Origin: a virus
Taxonomy: Duplodnaviria > Caudoviricetes
IMG/VR virus record: IMGVR_UViG_3300028366_000008
Span: 1 to 29,038 of that record
Reading direction: 5' to 3' (one strand)
DNA length: 29,038 nt
Shown here: positions 18,228 to 26,384 of the stretch, piece after piece
How the letters are laid out: the number at the start of each line of letters is the position of its first letter
Numbering within the stretch: position 1 is the stretch's first letter
The notes under the pieces: model-generated
What the model saw: only the letters and a program-made list of their open reading frames with translations
Database searches by the model: none
What the model was told of the DNA's origin: nothing
Position numbers and translations under genes: made by a program

Positions 18228-19139
18228 CTACTTAACACTCATTCCAAGATTTGGTAGCTTATCCTTACTTACTTCATTCTTCCTTGTACGATGCCAATGA
18301 CCACAATCATCACACTGATATAAGCTAAACATTGATACAGATGTGTAGAACTTATTGTCTGTCATAGTAATATTACTACTACCGCAAGCGTTACACAGCC
18401 TATCTTCTGAGTCAGTACGTATAGCTAAGGATGGGTGTGTATTTTCCCATGCTCGTATGTACATGTACAGCTCTTCGAGCAAAACTACATCGTGTATGTT
18501 ATACTCTTCCATGATAGCAAAGGCAGCGGGGTCATGGTGCATGACACGCTTCCACAAGTTAAACCCTTCATGCTCTGTCTTAGTACCAAGGCCTAGATAC
18601 CCACACACTGCATCCAATCCATTGGAAGGAAAGCGGAAACGCTTCTTTAATGTCTTGAGTGTGTCTACAGTCTTATATGGGGCAGGAGGCGTAAGACCGT
18701 AATAAACCATACGAGTGTTAATAATAGGAAAATCAAACTTATCTCCATTGTGGGCAATTAACACGTCGTACTTTTCCATCTCTTTTGCTATCCAGCGTAC
18801 TAAAGTCTCATCGTCCTCAACGTCACCTACCTGCCAGTTAGCAAGGAAGTCTACACTGTCGTTACCTAGTTCCTTAATGGCACATGATAGAATAATAGTC
18901 TCTGATTCTACCTGTCTAGGGAAGATATTCTCTTTCCACCTACGCCATACCCAAGCAAGGGTAGGACTTGTTTCAATATCAATGACGCCTATACGTGGGC
19001 CTTTTGACGTAGTGATTGCAGTACGTAAGTAGTCACTGACTGTACTACGTGGCTTCTCAATAGCCTTTGCTATATCTCTCCATGACATAGCTTCAGTGTT
19101 CGCTAGGTGTAGTGCTGCTTGCTTCCAATTATTACTCAT
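18228..19139 (-). CDS. DEDD/RNase H-like 3'-5' exonuclease with N-terminal HTH and C-terminal Zn ribbon
   Basis: SWRDIAKAIEKPRSTVSDYL (HTH); DIETSP, HNGDKFD, YNIHDV (ExoI-III); CNAC...CDDC. Confidence 0.8.
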   Translation of the reverse strand: MSNNWKQAALHLANTEAMSWRDIAKAIEKPRSTVSDYLRTAITTSKGPRIGVIDIETSPTLAWVWRRWKENIFPRQVESETIILSCAIKELGNDSVDFLANWQVGDVEDDETLVRWIAKEMEKYDVLIAHNGDKFDFPIINTRMVYYGLTPPAPYKTVDTLKTLKKRFRFPSNGLDAVCGYLGLGTKTEHEGFNLWKRVMHHDPAAFAIMEEYNIHDVVLLEELYMYIRAWENTHPSLAIRTDSEDRLCNACGSSNITMTDNKFYTSVSMFSLYQCDDCGHWHRTRKNEVSKDKLPNLGMSVK

Positions 19140-19275
19140 AACATTCCTTAAGTAGGGAGGACATGATCTCTACTGCTTGATCATACTCTTCTTCAAACAT
19201 ATCACTATCTTCTGCTCGTAGTTCCTGTAGTACGGCTAGTACGTGCTCTACTTCTAATCTAGTTAAGTTGTACAT
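19132..19275 (-). CDS. Small acidic protein (47 aa), not in the supplied ORF track
   Basis: Manual translation MYNLTRLEVEHVLAVLQELRAEDSDMFEEEYDQAVEIMSSLLKECYE*; AAGGT RBS 7 nt upstream; fills the gap and overlaps the next start. Confidence 0.7.
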   Translation of the reverse strand: MYNLTRLEVEHVLAVLQELRAEDSDMFEEEYDQAVEIMSSLLKECYE

Positions 19276-19296
19276 GACATTTACCTTAGTCCTTTT

Positions 19297-19647
19297 TTAC
19301 AATGGTAAGTATTTCTGTAAAATTAGGTCTTGCAACTCAGGGTCCATGTAAGCATAAGCGTCCCTTATGTGTAAACATTGTACCGGAGTACCGTCTGTTA
19401 TCCTACCTTTTAGCTCTGCTTCTTGCATACCTGTCATACAAACTACAACATCAGCCCAAGCAAGTAGCACATCATCTACTACAATTAGAGAAAAGTCCTC
19501 GGAAAGTCCTGCTGACCTAGTTTTATGTCCATACTCCCTGTTAATTACAACGCTGGCTGTAGATAGGCCATCACTGCATACGCACAGTACTTTAGGTGAT
19601 GGTCCTTGACTAGGGTTATTGGTGTTATGTAGTCTATTAAGTTTCAT
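19297..19647 (-). CDS. Low-molecular-weight protein tyrosine phosphatase-like protein with degenerate P-loop
   Basis: KVLCVCS, TRSAG, LLAWADVVVCM, LHIRDAYAYMDPEL match the phage LMW-PTP-like pattern; the CX5R Arg is absent. Confidence 0.7.
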   Translation of the reverse strand: MKLNRLHNTNNPSQGPSPKVLCVCSDGLSTASVVINREYGHKTRSAGLSEDFSLIVVDDVLLAWADVVVCMTGMQEAELKGRITDGTPVQCLHIRDAYAYMDPELQDLILQKYLPL

Positions 19648-20013
19648 TTAATTTTTCCATTCATTAGGTAAGGTATTTAAAGTGAACCATCTAAATCCAT
19701 TCAGTTCTGCCCACTCCTTGTGTGTTAGCTTAGTGCCATCTTTTCTCTTACCAGCACCGGGCATGGGCACATATGGATTCATAAAGACAAATACAATTTC
19801 TATTTCAGGATTAGATTTCTGTACTGCTTGGTACTTACGTGCCTCTTGCCTAGTACGAAATCTTCCTTTAGCTTCAATGAACGTAGTAGGGTCTGCTCTA
19901 GGTACAAAGTCTGGTATGTACTCTGCTTCCCATGTGTACCCTACACGGCATGGCTCGTAGTCACATGCTGTTAGTTTCTTCTTTAAAGTTACCTCGAACT
20001 TTGATCTTGGCAT
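19648..20013 (-). CDS. Endonuclease I-like Holliday junction resolvase (T7 gp3-like)
   Basis: RSKFE, YIPDF, IEAKGRF (PD-(D/E)xK), EWAELNGFRW; ATG 20013 with AAGGT RBS. Confidence 0.85.
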   Translation of the reverse strand: MPRSKFEVTLKKKLTACDYEPCRVGYTWEAEYIPDFVPRADPTTFIEAKGRFRTRQEARKYQAVQKSNPEIEIVFVFMNPYVPMPGAGKRKDGTKLTHKEWAELNGFRWFTLNTLPNEWKN

Positions 20014-20422
20014 CCATATTACCTTTAATGTTCTTATACCTAGAAAGACGAAACTCCACAGCACCTTCCTGCAACGCTACTTTAGTGGCTAGGCCTATGT
20101 ATGAAGCCTTAAAATGTCCAATAGGTTCTAGTACATCTTTAAATTTGTCAAGTGATTTTAGTAATTCTTTTAGGCAAGAAGGATCATACTCAGAAAACTT
20201 CATTACAAGATACTCGAAATCGAAATTATCCCCTTTATACTTATAAGCTCTTCCATCTTCTAATTCAAACCAGCACTCATCTCTTAACTTATATAGACCT
20301 GCTCTATTATAGTAGGGCTCTGTTTTTTTATAGTAAGCAAGTGCATGTTCCCTAAGCTTTTTATTGAAGGGGGAGTTGGAGGCTTGCCACTTATGTAAGG
20401 GTAGTACTTTTAAATTACTCAT
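19961..20422 (-). CDS. Hypothetical protein (153 aa, Lys/Tyr-rich, AT-rich gene)
   Basis: Fills the gap between exonuclease and endonuclease and overlaps both. Confidence 0.65.
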   Translation of the reverse strand: MSNLKVLPLHKWQASNSPFNKKLREHALAYYKKTEPYYNRAGLYKLRDECWFELEDGRAYKYKGDNFDFEYLVMKFSEYDPSCLKELLKSLDKFKDVLEPIGHFKASYIGLATKVALQEGAVEFRLSRYKNIKGNMDAKIKVRGNFKEETNSM

Positions 20423-21242
20423 GGCCTTGCTCTTCTACGGGTTCATGGATAGGTGGCATCCAAAGGTCATCGGGTTGTCGCCACATCCATAGCAAGCGGC
20501 CTTGATCTAAGAAGTACTGCCAGTCGTATCCTTTATCTTCGTATACTTTCCATACTATACTACACATACGCTCTGGTGTCAAGGCATTTTGCAGGATATC
20601 CTTAGCTTTTATTGCACCTATGCCCTTGACTCCTTTGATATTGTCAGTAGGATCACCACTAAGTAACTGACGATAGAAGTTAAGATCAGCTTCCTCTGTT
20701 GTAACATAGTAAGCCTTGGCTGCGTCGTAGTTGTAATGCCATCCTGCTGTGTTGTCTAAGTCCTTATCAATAGACACAATCACATTAGTAAGGGGATTAG
20801 CAAGGCACTCATAGCTAACTATATCATCTACTTCACAACCATGAGACTCTACTGCATCCCAGGCAGACAGTAAGTACTCACGAATCTCCTGCTCATGTAT
20901 AGGCCTAGATGATTTGTCTCTCTGTCCTTTATAGTTAGGGTCAATGTCATATCTAAAGTTATCTTTGCCACTAATGTATACATCATAGGTAATGCACCGT
21001 GGGTGATTAACTATCTTCTCCATAAGGTGCTTAGTATTAGCAAGGCTGTGACTCAGGGGTCCCGCTGTCTTCTCCATCCAGAACTCGTACTCGTCAACAT
21101 CTTCTCCTGCAAATTCTATTGCTTCCGCCTTGTACTGAAAGTTAGCAACTGCCTGTCCATTACTTCCTACGTACCAGCGCCGTACCTCGTTAGCACAGCC
21201 TGCCTTGTATATGGCGCTATCCGCATCAATTAAAAAGTGCAT
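20415..21242 (-). CDS. 5'-3' exonuclease (T7 gp6/FEN-like)
   Basis: LIDADS, NFR..YKGQR, EVDD, SIDKDL, GDPTDNIKGVKGIG (H3TH) motifs; GGAGG RBS. Confidence 0.88.
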   Translation of the reverse strand: MHFLIDADSAIYKAGCANEVRRWYVGSNGQAVANFQYKAEAIEFAGEDVDEYEFWMEKTAGPLSHSLANTKHLMEKIVNHPRCITYDVYISGKDNFRYDIDPNYKGQRDKSSRPIHEQEIREYLLSAWDAVESHGCEVDDIVSYECLANPLTNVIVSIDKDLDNTAGWHYNYDAAKAYYVTTEEADLNFYRQLLSGDPTDNIKGVKGIGAIKAKDILQNALTPERMCSIVWKVYEDKGYDWQYFLDQGRLLWMWRQPDDLWMPPIHEPVEEQGHE

Positions 21243-21277
21243 ACTATCTATGCCTCCAAAGGTTTAAGAAGAGTTAA

Positions 21278-21294
21278 GGCCACATGACGTGGCC
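21278..21294 (-). terminator. Intergenic GC-rich hairpin, possible weak terminator or processing site
   Basis: GGCCAC-ATGAC-GTGGCC inverted repeat followed on - by TTAACTCTTCTT. Confidence 0.4.
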
Positions 21295-21303
21295 CCGAGG
21301 GTA

Positions 21304-21525
21304 TTAATTAAGTGTAAACTCATCTTCATTCATCAGCTGGCTCAACGCACTAGCCATATGATTTGCAATATAGATTGCATTGGGTAGAGCAGCCACTGTA
21401 CTCTCCTCTGTCTGGTATCTCTTATTAATTACTACCCAGTTCATACGTTCAGCGTTGTGATAAACTTCCGTGCGATACTTACGAACTTCATAAGTACTGT
21501 TACTGTAGACTACCGTATCTTCCAT
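21304..21525 (-). CDS. Hypothetical protein (~73 aa)
   Basis: ATG 21525 with AAGGA RBS preferred over the track start at 21546. Confidence 0.65.
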   Translation of the reverse strand: MEDTVVYSNSTYEVRKYRTEVYHNAERMNWVVINKRYQTEESTVAALPNAIYIANHMASALSQLMNEDEFTLN

Positions 21526-21535
21526 AACTGCTTCC

Positions 21536-22042
21536 TTAAAAGTCACCTTCTGGTGTACCCATGGCCTTCTCTAGCTCTTCCTCGTACACACCCCCATTAG
21601 CTACAACCTTGTCACACTTGACGTGGAACTGGTTCGTAAGGTCATCAATGTATGCCATTACAGCATCAGCTTGGTCACCCTTCTTAGGTGGAAGAGCAAG
21701 GGCACCATTAGACACAAGCAAACTTGTTACCTCAATAGCTGCATTACGTGCTGACTGGTATTGAATAGACAGCTGAGTAGCACCGTATCCTCCACGACCT
21801 CCAGCCTTAGCAGGAGCTGCTTCAGGGGCGGGAGCTGGTGTCTCTGCTGCTGCTGGCAAAACACGTACAGAGGGTACTACTACGTTCTTGAATCGCCCGT
21901 TCTCTTTCCAATCAAAGCTAATAGTCTGCCCTTCTGTAAAGGAAGGAGCTGAAAAGCCATAGCCATACCACTCACCACTTACTACAATGTTGAATGCTTT
22001 GCCGTTGTTTGCAATTTTTTCTACTATACCTGATGTATTCAT
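21536..22042 (-). CDS. Probable single-stranded DNA-binding protein
   Basis: Aromatic beta-rich OB-like N-terminus, Ala/Pro/Gly linker, acidic C-terminus ending GDF; adjacent to the polymerase; GAGGT RBS. Confidence 0.6.
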   Translation of the reverse strand: MNTSGIVEKIANNGKAFNIVVSGEWYGYGFSAPSFTEGQTISFDWKENGRFKNVVVPSVRVLPAAAETPAPAPEAAPAKAGGRGGYGATQLSIQYQSARNAAIEVTSLLVSNGALALPPKKGDQADAVMAYIDDLTNQFHVKCDKVVANGGVYEEELEKAMGTPEGDF

Positions 22043-22057
22043 AATACCTCGTAATTA

Positions 22058-23929
22058 TTAAGATACCCACTCGAATGGCGGGTCTATTGACTCTGTTGTT
22101 TCTTCGCCTTCACTCCAATGTGAACCAGCTTTAAAGCCAGTACCCAATGGCACATTGAACTCTATATTATACACTGCTTTAAGGTAATTGTAAACAGAAT
22201 GTGTAAAACAATCTACACTTATTTGTCGTACTTCTTCTAGCTCATCAGGATGTACCTCCATTATAGCACTGTCATGCACTGTGTTAACGATGAAGCTTTG
22301 CATACCCCTGTTACGTAGCTCATGCCACAGGTATGTCAAAGCAATGGGAATAATATCTGCTGTAGCAAAACTCTGAACAGGGTAGTTGCATATCTGTGTA
22401 GAATTTACAACATAGCTCGACCCTCGCTGGACTCTAGTTCCCGGATAGTAGAACACGAGGCCTGTAACTGTGCGCAGTTCTTGAGTTGCGAGTGCTTCGT
22501 CAATCCAGCTCTGTTGGGCAGAAGTAATACCCGGATACTTCTCTTTGAAAGCTGTGTAATAGGTTTGTTCAGCATCTGTTCCACTTGCACCTCCGAATAA
22601 CGGTTTAAAGGTATGGGCCTTTGCCTCCTGCCTAGACGTATCTTGTCCAGCGTCTGTCATAGTCTGTGCAGAATAACTATGTACATCGAAGCCTTCACGT
22701 ATGTCATTAACTGCGCGCTTGTCTTGTCCAAGGAACGCAGCAACACGGAACTCTAACTGAGCACCATCAATCTCTGCTACTAGCCAGTCAGTAAAACGAG
22801 CAGTGAATAACTTCTTGTACTCTCGTGGTTGGTTTTGAAATTGAATGCTGTACTTAGAACCACTGCTACTAAGGCGTTGTGTTCTAGTTCTAGTCTGGTT
22901 GAATTGTGCTAAGAGAAGGTCACCATTGTCTACACACTTCTTGTATGTATTAAGGGACTTGGTTAACTTAGCATTGAGATTAGCATACTCAGCATACAAT
23001 GTCAAGAAGGATCTTTGACTCTCGCTCTTGCCTTTCAGACTAAGAATGGTATCACTGTCGGTCTTGTATCCACCGGCAGGCGTCTTCTGTATCTTGCCTC
23101 TCTTGGTAGGTTCAGCAATACCTAGGTCTTCATAGATATATTTACCACGTTGCAGTGGTGAGTTAAGATTGATACCTCCTGTAATCTCACCCAGTTCTCT
23201 ATACTTATCGTTGAACTGTGTCAGTACAGACTCATACTCTGCGTTAACTCTATCCTCATCAAGAGCTACACCATTACGTTCTATGTCTGCTAGTACAGGA
23301 GTAAGTATACACCGTGTCCATAGTACGGGCAGCTGTCCAGAATCTCTTAGCCTTTCTCTCTGCTTTAAAAATATCGCAAGGGTTGTGTTAACATCATAGA
23401 TGCAGCGACGTTGTAGCATTGACTTAGGTAATTCAGATGGACATACTCCTCCCTTAATACACTTGTCAACATAGGCTTCCTTACCACCTAGATTGTAACT
23501 ACTGGCCACCACGCCGAGGCCAAGACCCACACTAAGGCCGCCGTTAAGAACATACTCCCCAATAAGCGTATCGTACACTTTGACTTTACCCAAGTCCAAG
23601 CCCGCACGGGCCAGCCATTGTAACTCGAACTTGGCGTTGTGACAGACAATGAAATCTGCTCGTTCCAGTGCCTCAATAAGAGGTCCAACATCATACTCGG
23701 TTCCCCATAGTATTCTTGTTGTATAGTTATCTCTTTGTCCGAAGGTTCTACTACCTCCGACTTCCTCTGTTCCTTTAGTTCCCATTCCAGCCACATGGGT
23801 ATTCCATACAGAGAGCACAAGTCTGTTGCTCTCATCGAGGGCAGATCCTTTGCTTTTATTTGTAGTTTCAAAGTCAAGCACGATGTAGTTGTCTGAGTCA
23901 TAAGGCATCTCCTGTAAAAAATCTAACAT
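22058..23929 (-). CDS. DNA polymerase family A with 3'-5' exonuclease domain
   Basis: LDFETT, HNAKFE, YDV exo motifs; TQRLSS, QFQNQPR, motif A DGAQLEFR, motif B RQEAKAHTF, NYPVQS, motif C VHDS. Confidence 0.95.
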   Translation of the reverse strand: MLDFLQEMPYDSDNYIVLDFETTNKSKGSALDESNRLVLSVWNTHVAGMGTKGTEEVGGSRTFGQRDNYTTRILWGTEYDVGPLIEALERADFIVCHNAKFELQWLARAGLDLGKVKVYDTLIGEYVLNGGLSVGLGLGVVASSYNLGGKEAYVDKCIKGGVCPSELPKSMLQRRCIYDVNTTLAIFLKQRERLRDSGQLPVLWTRCILTPVLADIERNGVALDEDRVNAEYESVLTQFNDKYRELGEITGGINLNSPLQRGKYIYEDLGIAEPTKRGKIQKTPAGGYKTDSDTILSLKGKSESQRSFLTLYAEYANLNAKLTKSLNTYKKCVDNGDLLLAQFNQTRTRTQRLSSSGSKYSIQFQNQPREYKKLFTARFTDWLVAEIDGAQLEFRVAAFLGQDKRAVNDIREGFDVHSYSAQTMTDAGQDTSRQEAKAHTFKPLFGGASGTDAEQTYYTAFKEKYPGITSAQQSWIDEALATQELRTVTGLVFYYPGTRVQRGSSYVVNSTQICNYPVQSFATADIIPIALTYLWHELRNRGMQSFIVNTVHDSAIMEVHPDELEEVRQISVDCFTHSVYNYLKAVYNIEFNVPLGTGFKAGSHWSEGEETTESIDPPFEWVS

Positions 23930-23959
23930 AAGTCACTGTTTACCTCCTATCTTTAAGAG

Positions 23960-24292
23960 TTAACCGGCATTATCAAGAGCTGTAGACAGGTTCTGCAGTT
24001 CATCTAAGTCGAGTATAGTAGCCCTAGATCCTCTCCAGAGAGGAGATGCTTGCATAATCACTTGCCTCATTGATACTACTCTATTCGCGTGACCTGTAGT
24101 ACACAAACCTAAAAGAACTGCCCTTTCATACTCTTTTACTCTTACTCTGCCATATCTATAAGCGCCAGGGCCCACTCTACGCCATATAGGGCCAACTTCT
24201 ACACCATACTTCTTTCCCATTGCGTCGATTATCTCTCTAAACTTGTAAATATCTACATCTTTAAAGTCAAATGCTACATCATAAATTGACAT
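23960..24292 (-). CDS. Hypothetical protein (110 aa) between helicase and polymerase
   Basis: GGAGGT RBS inside the helicase 3' end; ORF fills the gap. Confidence 0.65.
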   Translation of the reverse strand: MSIYDVAFDFKDVDIYKFREIIDAMGKKYGVEVGPIWRRVGPGAYRYGRVRVKEYERAVLLGLCTTGHANRVVSMRQVIMQASPLWRGSRATILDLDELQNLSTALDNAG

Positions 24293-25496
24293 TCATACCT
24301 CCTGTTATACTCAGTACTTTAGATAAGTGAGGGTCAATGATCACTGGTATGTGGCTATGATCAGAGCTAATTTTATTCTTAGTCAGGCATAGCATACGCT
24401 TATTCTGTTGCTCATACGTATCATCCATGCCGATACCAATCATAATATCCATCTGTCCTTGAACACCTACGTTGCTGTAGTACATATCATTCTTTTCTAT
24501 ACCAAGCTTACCATAGGCACTGTCGCTTGCTTGGTGTACAATGATGCTAACAAGGCCATACTGTTTGGCAATAGATCGTATCTTGAGAGCAAGGTACTCA
24601 TTCTTTTCTACCTTAGTAAACATGGCACGTGTCTCCATGTTAGCCATCTGGTCTACTATAAGAATGTCAGGCTCGTACTTATCTACCATGCGTTTAATAT
24701 CAAACACACTGCCCGGTGCCATCTCATAAAATACTAAGTTGCCATAGCCATTGTTATAAGCACGTTGCCTAGCTTCTGCTTTGTGCAGCATCATCTCATC
24801 ACGAGTCATGCTAGATAACCGTGAGTAGAACCTGCTAAGCATGGACATGGCGGGGTCTTCATTGCCACAGTACAGTACCTTATACCCATCCTTCATAAAA
24901 CCACAAGCAGCATTGATAGCAATAAGACTCTTGCCTACCTCAGTTGGTGCATAGATAGCTATCTGTGTGCCGGGTACTACCCCACCGCCAAGCTTCTCAT
25001 TAAGAGAGAGGGGGTATACCTTGATTAAGTTGTCCCTATCAAATGCACGTAGTACATCATCAATGTCTGTCTGAATGAATACGTTACCATCATCATCAGC
25101 TTCAGCCATCTCTCGATAGTGATTAACTTTTTCAAGGTAGTGCTCAATCTCCCTGTCCTGATTACCAAGCAGTGCCTCTGCTAGACGTTGCTGTGCAGCA
25201 TTGAGCTTAACCTTGCGGAACTCAGACAGTACGTTAGGTATCGACACCTCTTGCAACGTACGAATTATGCCTTCAAAGGTATCGCTATGCTTAGGGTGGT
25301 CACTCTTGATATGATCAATTAGAAATTCTTTATCAATGTGATCAGCATCAACATCATTGTCGTAGTACTCTTGTACCTTATTAACAATGATTGCACCCTG
25401 ATCAGAGAAGTCCTCATCAGGGTCCATGACTGGACCAATGCTATCATACGCTGCTCTGTCATGTATCAGTGCCGATATTATACGGCTCTCACTCAT
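24279..25496 (-). CDS. Replicative SF4 (DnaB-like) helicase
   Basis: Walker A APTEVGKS, NED, Walker B ILIVDQ, VHQA, KNK motifs. Confidence 0.9.
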   Translation of the reverse strand: MSESRIISALIHDRAAYDSIGPVMDPDEDFSDQGAIIVNKVQEYYDNDVDADHIDKEFLIDHIKSDHPKHSDTFEGIIRTLQEVSIPNVLSEFRKVKLNAAQQRLAEALLGNQDREIEHYLEKVNHYREMAEADDDGNVFIQTDIDDVLRAFDRDNLIKVYPLSLNEKLGGGVVPGTQIAIYAPTEVGKSLIAINAACGFMKDGYKVLYCGNEDPAMSMLSRFYSRLSSMTRDEMMLHKAEARQRAYNNGYGNLVFYEMAPGSVFDIKRMVDKYEPDILIVDQMANMETRAMFTKVEKNEYLALKIRSIAKQYGLVSIIVHQASDSAYGKLGIEKNDMYYSNVGVQGQMDIMIGIGMDDTYEQQNKRMLCLTKNKISSDHSHIPVIIDPHLSKVLSITGGMNVNL

Positions 25497-25831
25497 TCAA
25501 CCACCTTTCCTGTAAGTTTATCTACTATTTTTTGTAAATCTTTTGGTCTAATTCTAACTGAAAAATTACTATCATAAGAAGAATAAATCTCTTCTGCTAA
25601 GTCTTCATTGATGTTGCAGTACAGCAGCAGTCTAATCTTAGGATCGTTTAGTTTCTTCTCTAGTATAACACTGTAACTGTTTAGATAACAGGGATTATAG
25701 CAATATAACTCTAACCCCTCATCATACACAAATCTAAACGTATCATCATCGGTAATGGCCTGTCGCACAAGGCGACGAATAGCGCCCTTAGCTATATTAC
25801 TACTTTTAAGTTCTAGAACTATCCGCAACAT
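25493..25831 (-). CDS. Hypothetical protein (~112 aa, AT-rich)
   Basis: ATG 25831 TAATG-coupled to the upstream stop; ATGA overlap with the helicase start. Confidence 0.65.
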   Translation of the reverse strand: MLRIVLELKSSNIAKGAIRRLVRQAITDDDTFRFVYDEGLELYCYNPCYLNSYSVILEKKLNDPKIRLLLYCNINEDLAEEIYSSYDSNFSVRIRPKDLQKIVDKLTGKVVE

Positions 25832-26109
25832 TATGGATACTCCCCATATATACACTTGTATAAGTCACTGTTGTTAAGTTCGCGATTGATTGCGGGCATA
25901 GGGGCAGAAAAGAAGCTAATGTAAATACCTGTAGAATTCATGCTTACTAGGTAGTAAGCTGGCTGTGTAGTGGTATCCCCTCTAAATATCTCAGCATATA
26001 AATTTGCTCGCCAACTGCTACCAATGAAACCCCTTGGATACATGCTCACCAATTTTATTAAACAACTCCGTGCTCTACCACTGTTATGTATTGCAAAGGT
26101 TTTATTCAT
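25831..26109 (-). CDS. Small paralog-family protein (92 aa)
   Basis: Coupled overlaps at both ends; aligns by eye with 26106-26384. Confidence 0.72.
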   Translation of the reverse strand: MNKTFAIHNSGRARSCLIKLVSMYPRGFIGSSWRANLYAEIFRGDTTTQPAYYLVSMNSTGIYISFFSAPMPAINRELNNSDLYKCIYGEYP

Positions 26110-26384
26110 GTATTAACTAAAGGTTTACCATACACTGCTTGATATAAATTCATTGCAAGGAGTGTAGGAATACTTGGGGATGTTGGGGGATATGAAATAT
26201 AATTAATTAGGATATGCTTTGGATACATAGCTACCATATAGTGCCCTCTGTTTACATAGGCTCCTCTGTTTATCTCCCTAAGTGGAATACATCTATTGCC
26301 TCCGTGGATTTCATACGCACTCACTAGCTTTTTCAAGCAGTGCCTGCTCAGTGTACTATTTTTTATTACGAAAAACTTAGTCAT
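26106..26384 (-). CDS. Small paralog-family protein (92 aa)
   Basis: ATGA overlaps at both ends, GAGGAG RBS; aligns with 25831-26109. Confidence 0.72.
   Translation of the reverse strand: MTKFFVIKNSTLSRHCLKKLVSAYEIHGGNRCIPLREINRGAYVNRGHYMVAMYPKHILINYISYPPTSPSIPTLLAMNLYQAVYGKPLVNT

Noticed and set aside
22058-23929. Possible modified-base (e.g. Z-genome) polymerase
   Set aside because: No purZ, dATPase or other base-modification gene in the window; one motif B change is not enough
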